From: Phyllobates terribilis
Lineage: Eukaryota
NCBI RefSeq assembly: GCF_046119375.1
Contig: NW_027362770.1
Location: 194,680,001 to 194,744,000 of the forward strand
Length of the DNA: 64,000 nucleotides
Direction of reading: 5' to 3'
Shown: positions 36,227 through 51,042 of the stretch, one piece after another
How positions within the stretch are numbered: the stretch's first letter is position 1
Layout: each line of letters begins with the position of its first letter
Translations under genes and position numbers: made by a program
The notes under the pieces: model-generated
What the model was told of the DNA's origin: nothing
Database searches by the model: none
The model's input: only the letters and a program-made list of their open reading frames with translations

Positions 36227-37313
36227 TCTATATATATAATCGTCTTATCCCGTCTGTCTGTCTGTCTGTCTGTCCAGGAAATCCCGCGTCGCTGATTGGT
36301 CCGGCAGCGGCCAATCAGCGACGCGGGATTTCAGAAAAAAGATGGCGGCCGTTAGCGGCTCATCTGCGGGACGGAGCTCAGCGGCGATGCAGACGGGAGA
36401 TGACCGGCGCGAGGCGCTCATCTCCCGGCCGCTAGCACAAGAAGGGTGTCAAGGGTGGACCGGGGAGCGGCGCTGCGGGTCGGTTTACTTCTGCTGCGAG
36501 CGCACCCTCATCTCCCGGCTTCTCGCAGCGGAAGTATCCGCATAGGCTGAGGCGCTGACATCCATTCGGCTAGGATGGCAAGGGAGGACCGGGGGGCAGC
36601 GCTGCGGGTCGGGATACTTATGCTGCGAGAAGCCGCTCATCTCCCGGCTTATCGCAGCGTAAGTAGCCGCACAGGCAGCGCCACTCCCCGGTCCTCACCA
36701 ATACGATTCGCTGATTGGTCGCGGTCTCCGCCCGCGACCAATCAGTGATCTTGGCGCCACATTTAATTAGCGGCCGCGACCATTCAGCGAGATTGGCGCC
36801 AAATTTAAACAACGCTCTGTTGATTGGTCGCGGCCGGTTGCCGCAACCAATCAGCGAGATTGGCGCCAAATTTAAACAACGCTCTGCTGATTGGTTGCGG
36901 CCGCCAGCCGACCGTGACCAGTCAGCGAGATTGGCGCCTAATTCAAACAACGCTCTGATCTCCCGACGGCAAGCATGAACAGAGGACCGAGGAGCGCCGC
37001 CGCCGCCGGTCGCGATGCTTCTCCTGCGAGCAGCCGCTCATCTCCTAGCTGCTCGCAGCGGAAGTACCCGCACAGGCAGCGCCGCTCCCCGGTCCTCACT
37101 AATACGACGCTGATTGGTTGCGGCTGCCGGCCGCGACCAATCAGCAATATCGGCGCCAAATTGAAACACCGCTCTGCTGATTAGTCGCAACCACGGGCCG
37201 TGACGAATCAGCGATATTGGCGCCAAATTTAAACACCGCTCTGCTAATTGCGCCCGGTCGGCCGCATACCTATTCTAGAATACCCGATGCATTAGAATCG
37301 GGCCACCATCTAG
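36227..37313 (+). mobile_element. Non-autonomous Helitron (H4), head-to-tail with H3
   Basis: Starts TCTATATATA immediately after the CTAG of H3; ends CCCGAT...ATCGGG CCACCAT CTAG at 37313. Confidence 0.9.
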
Positions 37314-37719
37314 TCTAGTATAATGCACTCCCCATAGTCCTCCATCTGGTATAATGCACTCCCATAGCCCTCCATCTAGTATAATGCACTCCCCATAGTC
37401 CTTCATCTAGTATAATGCACTCCCCATAGTCCTCCATCTAGTATAATGCACTCCCCATAGTCCTCCATCTAGTATAATGCACTCCCCATAGTCCTCCATC
37501 TAGTATAATGCACTCCCCATAGTCCTCCATCTAGTATAATGCACTCCCCATAGTCCTCCATCTAGTATAATGCACTCCCCATAGTCCTCCATCTAGTATA
37601 ATGCACTCCCCATAGTCCTCCATCTAGTATAATGCACTCCCCATAGTCCTCCATCTAGTATAACGCACTCTCCATAGTCCTCCATCTAGTATAATGCACT
37701 CCCCATAGTCCTCCATCTA
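37314..37719. repeat. 31-bp minisatellite, about 13 copies
   Basis: Same unit as 7247-7910. Confidence 0.93.
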
Positions 37720-38733
37720 CACTGCTCAAAATAAAGAGAACACTGAAATAACACATCCTAGATCTGAATGAATGAAATATTCTCATTGAATACTTTGTTA
37801 TGTACAAAGTTGAATGTGCTGACAACAAAATCACACAAAAATCATCAATGGAAATCACATTTATTAACCAATGGAGGCCTGGATTTGGGGCCACCCCCAA
37901 AATTAAAGTGGAAAAACCCACTACAGGCTGATCCAACTTTGATGTAATGTCCTTAAAACAAGTCACAATGAGGCTGAGTATTGTGTGTGGCCTCCACGTG
38001 CCTGTATGACCTCCCTACAACGCCTGGGCATGCTCCTGATGAGGCTGAGTATTGTGTGTGGCCTCCACGTGCCTGTATGACCTCCCTACAACGCCTGGGC
38101 ATGCTCCTGATGAGGCTGAGTATTGTGTGTGGCCTCCACATGCCTGTATGACCTCCTTACAACGCCTGGGCATGCTCCTAATGAGGCTCAGTATTGTGTG
38201 TGGCCTCCACGTGCCTGTATGACCTCCCTACAACGCCTGGGCATGCTCCTGATGAGGCTGAGTATTGTGTGTGGCCTCCACGTGCCTGTATGACCTCCCT
38301 ACAACGCCTGGGCATGCTCCTGATGAGGCTGAGTATTGTGTGTGGCCTCCAGGTGCCTGTATGACCTCCCTACAACGCCTGGGCATGCTCCTGATGAGGC
38401 TGAGTATTGTGTGTGGCCTCCACGTACCTGTATGACCTCCCTACAACGCCTGGGCATGCTCCTGATGAGGCTGAGTATTGTGTGTGGCCTCCACGTGCCT
38501 GTATGACCTCCCTACAACGCCTGGGCATGCTCCCGATGAGGCTGACTATTGTGTGTGGCCTCCACGTGCCTGTATGACCTCCCTACAATGCCTGGGCATG
38601 CTCCTGATGAGGCTGAGTATTGTGTGTGGCCTCCACGTGCCTGTATGACCTCCCTACAACGCCTGGGCATGCTCCTGATAAGGTTGTGGATGGTCTCCTG
38701 TGGGATCTACTCCCAGACCTGGACTAAAGCATC
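37720..38733 (-). mobile_element. Tc1 3' fragment (duplicate of the 7911 insertion) with 10 x 71-bp repeat at 37970-38680
   Basis: Identical junction CCTCCATCTA|CACTGCTC; truncated at GGACTAAAGCATC and fused through TTAT to hAT sequence. Confidence 0.9.
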
Positions 38734-38737
38734 TTAT

Positions 38738-40010
38738 TCGGGTGCTTTGCTGCCATGTGCCTGATCATGCTGGTGGTGGTCAGGCTGGTCGTTTTGCCAC
38801 CCCTACTGATGCTGGCCTGGCAGGTGGTGCAAATGGCCTTTTTGGGTTTATCCGCAGAGTCTTTAAAAAACAACCAGACTCGGGAAGACCTACCGGTTAT
38901 ACTGGCAACTTCCTTTGTGTTGGTGTTACGGGGAACGGTTGCCCGCCTCCTGTCTGCGGCCACCACACTGCTTCTTCCTGCCTGTTGGGGTGCTCTGCCT
39001 CCCTCCCCCTGTGTGGTGCTGTCTTCGCTCTGCATGTCCTCCTGCCAGGTTGGGTAAGTTACTATATCATCCACCACCTCGTCTTCCACTTCCGCACCCT
39101 GGTCCTCCTCCTGACTTTCTGGCAATTGTTTCTCATCATCGTCCACCTCTTGTGACACTTTCCCACCGTCGCCTTCGTGTGACCGTGGCTGCTCAAATAT
39201 TTTGGCATCTATACAATCTAAATGGAAAAGTGAACAGCTCTTCAGAGTGTCCAAGTGTGGGATCAGTTGTCTCCGGGCACTCGGCATGGTGAGAGGAAGG
39301 AGGATCAGGGTGAGGAATATGCGGTCCAGACTCACGGCTACTGAGACTTTACCGTGTGGAAGACACGGTGGTGGTGGTGGTGGCTAAGTGACTGGAAGCA
39401 TTATCCGCTATTCAACCAACAACCTTTTCACACTGCTCTGTGGTCAGTAGTGGTGTTCTGGAATCCCCTAGTAATTGGCTTGCCCACGGCCTCTGCATGC
39501 ACCATCACCATCTCATCTCTCTTCCTCGTCCCTTGCTACGTGCCTTGCCCATTTCAGATGGAGGACAATATTTTCCACGTTCACTACAAAAGACAGGATA
39601 TGAACCGCAATTGTATGTAATACGTCTGACGGACAACCACGGTTTTAAATAGCTGGCTTTTAGGTTACTACTCTTCACAGTGAGCACATGTGAATAGCTT
39701 GACCGACACACTGCAACAAACTGCAAAAGGAGGCCAATATTTTCCACGTTCAATACAAATTTCTGGATTTTTATCGCTGTAACATGGAAAGGACCTGGCT
39801 GTATTCTGCAGTGCCAACAAGCAAATGAAGCAGAAAAACCGTGTTCTCTGGATTGCTTTTTAAGCAAATAATCAGGATTAAGATAAAAAAAAATTGCCCT
39901 GGCCCCTGATACATGGGGCTATGTCTACAAATATCTATAACAGCAACAGCAGACAGAACGTGCAATGGACTCAATATTGCTGTGTACAATGCACTCTGCC
40001 ACATACCCTG
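38738..40010 (-). mobile_element. hAT 5' fragment (BED finger and N-terminal region), no CR1
   Basis: ORF 38724-39335 with ICTTCQASIS...RHMAAKHP; deleted at 40010 into piggyBac-like sequence. Confidence 0.85.
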
Positions 40011-40345
40011 GATCTTTTTTCACCACTTAGATAAAAAAATAACCTAGACATGTTTGGTGTCTATGAACTCGTAATGACCTGGAGAATAATAATGGCAGGT
40101 CTGTTTTAGCATCCAGTGAACATAGTTAAAAAGAAAAAACTGCGGTTTTGCACTTTTTTTTGCAAATTCACCACACTTGAAATTTTTCCCCGCTCTCCAG
40201 TACACGATATGGTTAAACCAGTGATGTTTACAACTTGTCCCGCAGAAAATAATCCCTCACACGGCCATATTGACCGAAAAAGTTACTGCTCTGGGAACAA
40301 GGGGAGCGAAAAACGAAAACGCAAATAGCTCTGGTCATGAAGGGG
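40011..40345 (+). mobile_element. piggyBac-like element right end
   Basis: Matches about 2244-2507 and ends GGTCATGAAGGGG followed by TTAA at 40346-40349. Confidence 0.7.
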
Positions 40346-40560
40346 TTAACATGGCCACCATGTTTATTATCATAGCCACATCTGGTCTTCTGGCTATTCC
40401 ACTCCGGACCGCATACCGAGGCAGCCGAAGGGCTGAAACATTGGCACATGGGCCCCTCATGCCGTACACCCTCCCCCCCGCACTATCTGTATCCATGCAA
40501 ACCGCTGCAAATACATTGGTGGAGGAAGGGGCCATATTGTGAGACAGCAGACGTGGTGAC

Positions 40561-40812
40561 ATGTGGGGGGCTCATACTGTTTATATGGAGGCAATATGGG
40601 GGGCTCACACTATATATGGAGTCTGTGTGGGGGGCACATACAGTATATAGGGAGGTTGTGTGGGGGGCTCATACTGTATATATGCAGGCTGTATACATGG
40701 AGGTTGTGTGGGGGGCTCATACTGTATATGGAGGCTATGTGCAGGGCTCACACTGTATATATGGAGGTTATGTGCGGGGGCTCAAACTGCATATATGGAG
40801 GCTGTGTGGGAG
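40561..40812. repeat. 33-bp minisatellite, about 7.5 more diverged copies
   Basis: Same family as 2671-2950. Confidence 0.85.
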
Positions 40813-40987
40813 ACTGTATCCCGTGCAGTTTGTGGCGTTACAATGTGTCAGTGCAGGTGATCCTGTGTCTGTCCTCATACAATCCCCCGTGGACATGTGT
40901 GCCCCTATACACTGTGGGGTAACATCAGCCCCATGTGAGGACATCCCCGAGATCAGCGGCGCCGGCTCTTGTGGTGACGGTGTGGGT

Positions 40988-41003
40988 GGCTCTTAGAAGA
41001 GCC
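40988..41003 (-). terminator. Histone mRNA 3' stem-loop (H2A copy 2)
   Basis: GGCTCTTCTAAGAGCC-ACCCA on minus. Confidence 0.95.
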
Positions 41004-41040
41004 TTTGGTTGTGTGGATGATACAGGATCGGCTGCAGCGC

Positions 41041-41589
<549 letters not shown>

Positions 41590-42135
41590 TCACCAATGAG
41601 CTGCAGGGGGCGGAGCTTAGTGCAGTTCCATTGGTCACATGAGTTTCTCACCCAATAGAAAACGTGATAATAATTGTATTAATAATTTTACTAATAATTC
41701 TATTCCGCTGTGGATTTTCTGGATGATTTTGTATATGAGGCACTTTCTCTCTTCTCGGGGATGGAGCTGCCCGGGGACTTGTTACATCCATCGCTCCCGA
41801 TCTGCACCAGTGACTCCATGAAGGGGGACAGGATCTGGGACTTGGAGCAGAAGAAAATGCTGAATATTCTGTTCTGTGTTCTGAATATGGTCATAAAGTT
41901 CTATTTACCCCAATATAATGCTAGAATTCATCTATATAGTGCAGTACACCCCTATATACCGCTGTGTGTGATGTGTGGAGTCCTCGTTCTCTATTATCCA
42001 CATGGACACAAGATTATCCCGGATGATTGGATCAGTATTAAATGTAGTAAATGTAATCAGTGCGGTAACTTTATTAATAATGACTGCGCTCCGGATAAGG
42101 AGAAACATTACAGGTGCTCAGTCCTGCACTAAGAT

Positions 42136-42756
42136 CCCTTCACACCCTAGCCGCTGATGTCCCCACAGTATCCGCATGATGTTACAAAGATCCGGACATT
42201 TGTGTTAAAAATCGCTAATTGGTCGCTGGCGCTGCCCGCGACCAATCACCGATTTGGGCGCCAAATTTAAATATCACCGCGACCAATCAGCACAGCGGTG
42301 TTTAAATGTGGAGCCAAGATCGGTGATTGGTCGCGTCCGATATTTAAATTTGGCGCCCAAATCGGTGATTGGTCGCGGACGATTTTGGCGCCAAATTTAA
42401 ACACCGCTCTGCTGATTGGTCGCTGCCGACGACCAATCAGCGATTTTGGTGCCAAACTTAAACCCCCTCTCTGTATCGCTCTGCTGATTGGTCGGCGGCC
42501 GCGACCAATCAGCAGTATTGGCGCCAAATTTAAACACAGCTCTGCTGATTGGTCGCGACTAGTCAGCGATTTTGGTGCCAAATTTAAACACGCTCTCCAG
42601 TCCTCACTAACACGGTTCACAGATTGGTCGCGGCCGCCGTCCGCGACCAATCACCGATATTGCCGCCAAATTTAAACACCGCTTTGCTGATTGCGCCCCG
42701 TCGGCCGCATACCTATTCTAGAATACCCGATGCGTTAGAATCGGGCCACCATCTAG
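42136..42756 (+). mobile_element. 5'-truncated Helitron (H5)
   Basis: Begins mid-element; intact hairpin plus CTAG at 42753-42756. Confidence 0.85.
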
Positions 42757-43349
42757 TATAGTATAATGCACTCCCCATAGTCCTACATCTAGTATAATGC
42801 ACTCCCCATAGTCCTCCATATAGCATAATGCACTCCCCATAGTCCTCCATATTGTATAATGCACTCCCCATAGTCCTCCATATTGTATAATGCACTCCCC
42901 ATAGTCCTCCATATTGTATAATGCACTCCCCATAGTCCTCCATATTGTATAATGCACTCCCCATAGTCCTCCATATTGTATAATGCACAGCCCATAGTCC
43001 TCCATCTAGTATAATGCACTCCCCATAGTCCTCCATATTGTATAAGGCACTCCCCATAGTCCTCTATATTGTATAATGCACTCCCCATAGTCCTCCATAT
43101 TGTATAATGCACTCCCCATAGTCCTCCATCTAGTATAATGCACTCCCCATAGTCCTCCATCTAGTATAATGCACACCCCATAGTACTCCATCTAGTATAA
43201 TGCACTCCCCATAGTCCTCCATCTAGTATAATGCACACCCCATAGTCCTCCATCTATTATAATGCACTCCCCATAGTCCTCCATACAGTATAATGCACTC
43301 CCCATAGTCCTCCATCTAGTATAATGCACTCCCCATAGTCCTCCATCTA
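42757..43349. repeat. 31-bp minisatellite, about 19 copies
   Basis: Mixed ATTG and CTAG variants. Confidence 0.93.
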
Positions 43350-44509
43350 CACTGCTCAAAAAATAAAGGGAACACTAAAATAACCCATCCTAGATCTGAA
43401 TGAATGAAATATTCTCATTGAATACTTTGTTCTGTACAAAGTTGAATGTGCTGACAACAAAATCACACAAACAAATCATCAATGGAAATCAAGTTTATTA
43501 ACCAGTGGAGGCCTGGATGTGGAGTCACCCCCAAAATTAAAGAGGAAAAACACACTACAGGCTGATCCAACTTTGATGTAATGTACTTAAAACAAGTCAA
43601 AATGAGGCTCAGTATTGTGTGTGGCCTCCACGAGCCTGTATGACCTCCCTACAACGCCTGGGCATACTCCTGTTGAGGCTGAGTATTGTGTGTGGCCTCC
43701 ACGTGCCTGTATGACCTCCCTACAACGCCTGGGCATGCTCCTGATGAGGCTGAGTATTGTGTGTGGCCTCCACGTGCCTGTATGACCTCCCTACAAAGCC
43801 TGGGCATGCTCCTGATGAGGCTGAGTATTGTGTGTGGCCTCCACGTGCCTGTATGACCTCCCAACAATGCCTGGGCATGCTACTGATGAGGCTCAGTATT
43901 GTGTGTGGCCTCCACGTGCCTGTATGACCTCTCTACAACGCCTGGGCATGCTCCTGATGAGGCTGAGTATTGTGTGTGGCCTCCACGTGCCTGTATGACC
44001 TCCCTACAATGCCTGGGCATGCTCCTGATGAGGCTGAGTATTGTGTGTGGCCTCCACGAGCCTGTATGACCTCCCTACAAAGCCTGGGCATGCTCCTGAT
44101 CAGGCTGAGTATTGTGTGTGGCCTCCACGTGCCTGTATGACCTCCCTACAACGCCTGGGCATGCTCCTGATGAGGCGGAGTATTGTGTGTGGCCTCCACG
44201 TGCCTGTATGACCTCCCTACAACGCCTGGGCATGCTCCTGATGAGGCTGAGTATTGTGTGTGGCCTCCACGTGCCTGTATGACCTCCCTACAACGCCTGG
44301 GCATGCTCCTGATGAGGCTGAGTATTGTGCGTGGCCTCCACGTGCCTGTATGACCTCAATACAACGCCTGGGCATGCTCCTGATGAGGCTGAGTATTGTG
44401 TGTGGCCTCCACGTGCCTGTATGACCTCCCTACAAAGCCTGGGCATGCTCCTGATGAGGTTGCGGATGGTCTCCTGTGGGATCTCCTCCCAGACCTGGAC
44501 TAAAGCATC
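43350..44509 (-). mobile_element. Tc1 3' fragment (third copy) with 12 x 71-bp repeat at 43604-44456
   Basis: Same TA junction and same Tc1-TTAT-hAT fusion as 37720-38737. Confidence 0.9.
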
Positions 44510-44513
44510 TTAT

Positions 44514-45945
44514 TCGGGTGCTTTGCTGCCATGTGCCTGATCAGCAGGATGGTGGTGGTCAGGCTGGTCGTTTTGCCACCCCTGCTGATGCTGGCCTGGC
44601 AGGTGGTGCAAATGGCCTTTTTGGGGTTATCTGCAGTGTCTTTAAAAAACAACCAGACTTGGGAAGACCTACCGGTTGTACTGGCAACTTTCTTCGTGTT
44701 GGTGTTACGGGGAACGGTTGCCCGCCTTCTGTCTGCGGCCACCACACTGCTTCTTCCTGCCTGTTGGGGTGTTCTGCCTCCCTCCCCCTGTGTGCTGCTG
44801 TCCTCCTGCCAGGTTGGGTCAGTTACTATATCATCCACCACCTCGTCTTCCACACCCTGGTCCTCCTCCTGACTTTCTGGCAATTGTCTCATCATCGTCC
44901 ACTTCTTGTGACACTTTCCCACCGTCGCCTTCGTGTGACCGCGGCTGCTCAAGTATTTTGGCATCTATACAATCTAAATGGAAAAGTGAACAGTTCTTCA
45001 GAGCGTCCAAGTGTGGGATCAGTTGTCTCTGGGCACTCAGCTTGGTGGGAGGAAGGAGGATCAGGGTGAGGAATATGCGGTCCAGACTCACGGCTACTGA
45101 GACTTTACCGTGTGGAAGACAGGGTGGTGGTGGTGGTGGCTAAGTGACTGGAAGCATTATCCGTTATCCAACCAATAACCTTTTCACACTGCTCTGTGGT
45201 CAGCAGTGGTGTTCTGCAATCCCCTAGTAATTGGGACAGGAAGTTTGAGTGAGAAGATGTGGGTATTTTTTGCGGCACAATTTCAGCTAGCCCACCGCCT
45301 CTGCATGCACCATCACAATCACATCTCCCTTCCTCGTCCCTTGCTACGTGCCTTGCCCATTTTAGATGGAGGACAATATTTTCCACGTTCACTACAAAAG
45401 ACTGGATATGAACTGCAGTTGTATGTAATACGTCTGACGGACAACCACGTTTTTAAATAGCTGGCTTTTAGGTTACTATTCTTCACAGGGAGCACATGTG
45501 ATTAGCTTGACCGACACACTGCAACAAACTGCAAATGGAGGCCAATATTTTCCACGTTCAATACAAATTTCTGGATTTTTATCGCTGTAATATGGAAAGG
45601 ACCTCGCTGTATTCTGCAGTGCCAACAAGCAAATGAAGTTGAAAAATGGTGTTCTCTGGATTGCTTTTTAAGCAAATAATCAGGATTAAGATAAAAAAAA
45701 ATTGCCCTGGCCCCTGATACATGGGGCTATGTCTACAAATATCTTTAACAGCAGCAGCAGACAGAACGTGCAATGGACTTTCTATTGCTGTGTACAATGC
45801 ACTCTGCCACATACCCTGCCTAACTCCTGCTATCATTACTAAATATATGCAGCTGGATTAGTCCTCAAAATACTCGCCGAGCTTGTCGAGCACACTGATG
45901 CTCGGGCGAGTACTGAGTAGTGGCAAGCATGTTCGCTCATCACTA
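44514..45945 (-). mobile_element. hAT 5' half with TIR
   Basis: BED region plus 5' end CGCTCATCACTA at 45945, same flank (GTAGAGACCC) as at 797. Confidence 0.85.
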
Positions 45946-46663
45946 GTAGAGACCCATAACTTGTTATACAAAATACTTTTTCAAAAACCTTGCTTCAGTG
46001 TTGGCTCCAGCACAGAGCCTGCACTAAACCAGGCACATGTCAGCTGATCTATACAGCTGACATGTGCCCGCAACAGCCGCGGGTGGAATCGCGATCCACC
46101 CACGACTGCTAACTAGTTAGAGATTGACAGAGGCATTTAACTTGCGTAAACCTGATGCACATCAATTACCCTGTCCATCGGTCACCCCATCAAATGATCG
46201 CGGGTCACCGATGGGTTGGTATGACAACCCGGGGTCTGCAGGAGACCCCTGTGGTTATCATGGCCAAATTGCTATGAGCGCTGACCAGTGATCGGCGCTC
46301 ATAGTAAGTGAGCATTTCTGCTACAGAGAGGAGATCTGCTCATCGCTTCATTAACTCCCATGGAGATGATCAAAACAAGCAGAAAGTGTAAAAAAATGTT
46401 TTCAAAAATATTAAAAAAATAAAAAATATATAAAAGTTTAAATCACCCCCCTTTCGCCCCATTCAAAATATAACAAGAATCACACATACACATATTTGGT
46501 ATCGCTGCCTTCAGAATCGCCCCATCTATCAATATAAAAAAAAATTAATCTGATCGGTAAAAGGTGTAACAAGAAAAAATTCTAAACGCCAGAATTACGT
46601 TTCTGGTCACTGAAACCTTGCAATAAAATACATTAACGGGCGATCAAAACATCTACACCAAAA

Positions 46664-47489
46664 TCTATATATATATAATCGTCTTATCCCGTCTGTCTGT
46701 CCAGGAAATCCCGCGTCGCTCATTGGTCCGGCAGCGGCCAATCAGCGATGCGGCATTTCTGAAAAAAGATGGCGGCCGTTAGCGGCTCATCTGCGGGACG
46801 GAGCTCAGCGGCATTTCTGAAAAAAGATGGCGGCCGTTAGCGGCTCATCTGCGGGACGGAGCTCAGCGGCAATGCAGCCGGGAGATGACCGGCGCGAGGC
46901 GCTCATCTCCCGAACGCCAGCGACGCTGACCTCCATGTGGCTAGGGTGTCAAGGGAGGAACGGAGAGCGGCGCTGCGGGTCGGAATACTGCTGCTGCGAG
47001 CGCCCGCTCATGTCCCGGCACCTCGCAGCGGAAGTAGCCGTACAGGCAGCGGCGCTCCCCGGTCCTCACCAATACGATTCCGCTCCCCGATCCTCACCAA
47101 TACGATTCGCTGATTGGTCGCGGTCTCCGCACCCGACCAATCTGTGATCTTGGCGCAAAAGTTAAACACCGCTGTGCTGATTGGTCGCGGCTGCTGCCCG
47201 CGACCAATCACCGATTTGGGCGCCACATTTAAATAGCTGCCGCGACCAATCACCGATCTTGGCGCCACATTTAAACACTGCTGTGCTGATTGGTCGCGGC
47301 CGCTGCCCTCGACCAATTACCAATTTGGGCGCCACATTTAAATAGCGGCCGCGACCAATCACCGATCTTGGCGCCACATTTAAACACTGCTGTGCTGATT
47401 GGTCGTGGACGCTGCTCTGCTGATTGCGCCCGGTCGGCCGCATACATATTCTAGAATACCTGATGCGTTAGAATCGGGCCACCATCTAG
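46664..47489 (+). mobile_element. Non-autonomous Helitron (H6), paralog of H1 insertion
   Basis: Same A|T site as H1; longer through a 58-bp duplication and additional internal units. Confidence 0.88.
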
Positions 47490-48013
47490 TAGTATCAAGA
47501 AAAACGTCAGCTCGACACGCAAAAAAAAAAGCCCTCACCCGACCCCAGATCCTGAAAAATAGAGACTTTTTTTAAGCAAACTTTGGATCTTTTTTCACCA
47601 CTTAGATAAAAATATAACCTAGACATGTTTGGTGCCTACGAACTCGTAATGACCTGGAGAATAATAATGGCAGCTCAGTGTCAGCAATCAATGAACATGG
47701 TAAAAAAAAAAAAAAAAACTGTGTTTTTGCACTTTTTTTTGCAATTTCACCACACTTGAAATTTTTTCCCCGTTCTCCAGTACACGATATGGTAAAACCA
47801 GTGATGTTTACAACTTGTCCCGCAGAAAATAATCCCTCACACGGCCATATTCCAGTCCGGACGGCAGAGGCAGCCGAAGGGCTGAAATATTGGCACATGG
47901 GCCCCTCCATGACGTACCCCACCCCCTGCCACCGATATCTGCATCCATCCAAACAGCTGCGAATACATTGGTGGAGAGCCGGGCCGTATTGTGAGACAGC
48001 AGACGTGGTGACA

Positions 48014-48360
48014 TGTGGGGGGCTCATACTGTATATATGGAGGCTATGTGGGGGGCTCATACTGTATATATGGAGGCTATATGGGGGGCTCATACTGTAT
48101 ATATGGAGGCTATATGGGGGGCTCATACTGTATATATGGAGGCTATGTGGGGGGCTCACACTGTATATATGGAGGTTATGTGGGGGGCTCACTGTATATA
48201 TGGAGGCTATATGGGGGGCTCATACTGTATATATGGAGGCTATATGGGGGGCTCATACTGTATATATGGAGGTTGTGTGGGGGGCTCATACTGTACATAT
48301 GGAGGCTATATGGGGATCATACTGTATATATGGAGGCTATGTGGGGGGCTCACACTGTAC
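48014..48360. repeat. 33-bp minisatellite, about 10.5 copies
   Basis: Paralog of 2671-2950 with higher copy number. Confidence 0.9.
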
Positions 48361-48708
48361 ATCCTCCCGATACTCCAGAATCCGTTACATCAGTCTCCAC
48401 AGCGGAGAATTAGGAGCCGGAGTATCAGACACTAATGAGGGACATTTCCCGTGAACATCCGCCGACTCCTCTCCCCCCACACGGATGTGAGGATTTATGT
48501 GACCAAGCATTAACCCATTCATCTCCTCGCACTAGTATCCCGTGCAGTTTGTGGCGTTACAATGTGTTAGTGCAGGTAATCCTGTGTCTGTCCTCATACA
48601 ATCCCCCGTGGACATGTGTTCCCCCATACACTGTGTGGGGTAACATCAGCCCCATGAGAGGACACCCCCGAGATCAGCGGCGCCGGCTCTTGTGGTGACG
48701 GTGTGGGT

Positions 48709-48724
48709 GGCTCTTAGAAGAGCC
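48709..48724 (-). terminator. Histone mRNA 3' stem-loop (H2A copy 3)
   Basis: GGCTCTTCTAAGAGCC-ACCCA on minus. Confidence 0.95.
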
Positions 48725-48761
48725 TTTGGTTGTGTGGATGATACAGGATCGGCTGCAGCGC

Positions 48762-49310
<549 letters not shown>

Positions 49311-50956
49311 TCACCAATGAGCTGCAGGGGGCGGAGCTTAGCCAGTTCCATTGGTCACATGAGTTTCTCACCCAATAGAAAACGTGATAATAATTGTATT
49401 AATAATCTTACTAATAATTCTATTCCGCTGTGGATTTTCTGGATGATTTTGTATATGAGGCACTTTCTCTCTTCTCGGGGATGGAGCTGCCCGGGGACTT
49501 GTTACATCCATCGCTCCCGATCTGCACCAGTGACTCCATGAAGGGGGACAGGATCTGGGACTTGGAGCAGAAGAAAATGCTGAATATTCTGCTCTGTGTC
49601 AGGTTGTAGTTTGCACAGGATGAAGCAGCGAGACGTCGTTATAAGCGGAGAACTTCACTGGACGGAATCTTATCCCCAGGAATCCGCCTGCAGACAGTGA
49701 GGAGGCGCCGCCACCGATCACCTACAGCGTCCCCTATTGGTGGCCGGCTGCTCCTCACTACTACCCCCATCATCCGCCGCCTCCCCGGAGTCCTCGTCCT
49801 CTATAATCCACATGTGAAGGTGGATGAAGCCGATCACATCCCGCTCCTCCCCGCAGCCGGTATTATAGGAGCGGATACTGCGCCACTAATCCGGGGATCA
49901 GACCCCTGGGGGGGAGAAGAGCGGCCGCCGATCAATGAACACGAGCGGATCGTCCGATGTAATATCGCTGTTACACAGACAGTAAACTATCAGTCTAAGC
50001 GGGAAATTCAATTTAAGAGTTCAGCCAATCAGCACTTAGCACAAATCTATAGCTCCGCCCACAGGCGGCTCCAGGTTACAGCCACCATCTTTTAACCATT
50101 TAGTGTCTGATATTCTCGCTGCTGTTCTCCATTATCAATCATTTCCTCTTTACCAGTAACCGGATCAATCAGAGGAAAGGTCTAACAGAAACAAGTCACC
50201 AATTCTGCATTTATCACCCACTCCTGAGAAAAAATACTGATAGTGGGGCCGTGGCCTCACTAAAAGTGCTGGATATCCCCATATAGCGATGAGTCCAACA
50301 TAGTGCTCTTACCTACATATATTGCTGTATACCACCATATGGTGCTGAATGCCTCGATAGAGCGCATTATACACACCATGTAGTAATATATGCCGCCATA
50401 TAGTGCTGTAAATTCTATTTAAGGCTGTATATCTCCACATGCTGCAGTATTCCCCAGTATAGCGCTGTATCCATCAATATAGTGCTGTTCACCCCATATA
50501 CGGTTGTGTACACCCCAGATATTGCTGCGAACCCGACATCTGTATATAGCTGCTGTATTTGCCATACAGTGCTGGATACTGATTGTATAGCCATATAATG
50601 CTCCAAACACCCATATTGTGCTTTCAAATAGCACTGTGTATCTCCATATACGGTAATTCTATATACCCTTCGGTGCAATTCTCTCTTTGACGTCCTCTCT
50701 GTGACAACTGATCGTAGACGCCAGCGACCTCCTCCTCTGAGACCAGGACCGATCTAAAGATCAACACTTACATGATCTTCTGTTCCTTCTGGAGCTTTTC
50801 CTGTTCCGGTGTGCTGTAACACGGAAGGGATTGTTATTTCAGTGGGTTGTTTTTACCTTCTTACCCGTAAGGTGCAGTCCACCATTCTGCATCGTGGACC
50901 CCGGGTTCGGTTGCTTTCCATTATTTAATAAAGTTGTTTGCAACCATCCCCTTAGC

Positions 50957-50995
50957 ACACATACACACACATATGCATACAGACATACATACACA

Positions 50996-51040
<45 letters not shown>
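50957..51040. repeat. (CA/TACA)-rich plus (TA)n microsatellite
   Basis: About 20 TA units ending at 51039, abutting the 3' end of H7. Confidence 0.9.

Positions 51041-51041
<1 letters not shown>

Positions 51042-51042
<1 letters not shown>

Noticed and set aside
50270-50670. Possible RNA gene or exon in the TATA/GCTG-rich tract
   Set aside because: Looks like a decayed minisatellite of about 30 bp; no tRNA or snRNA structure recognisable.
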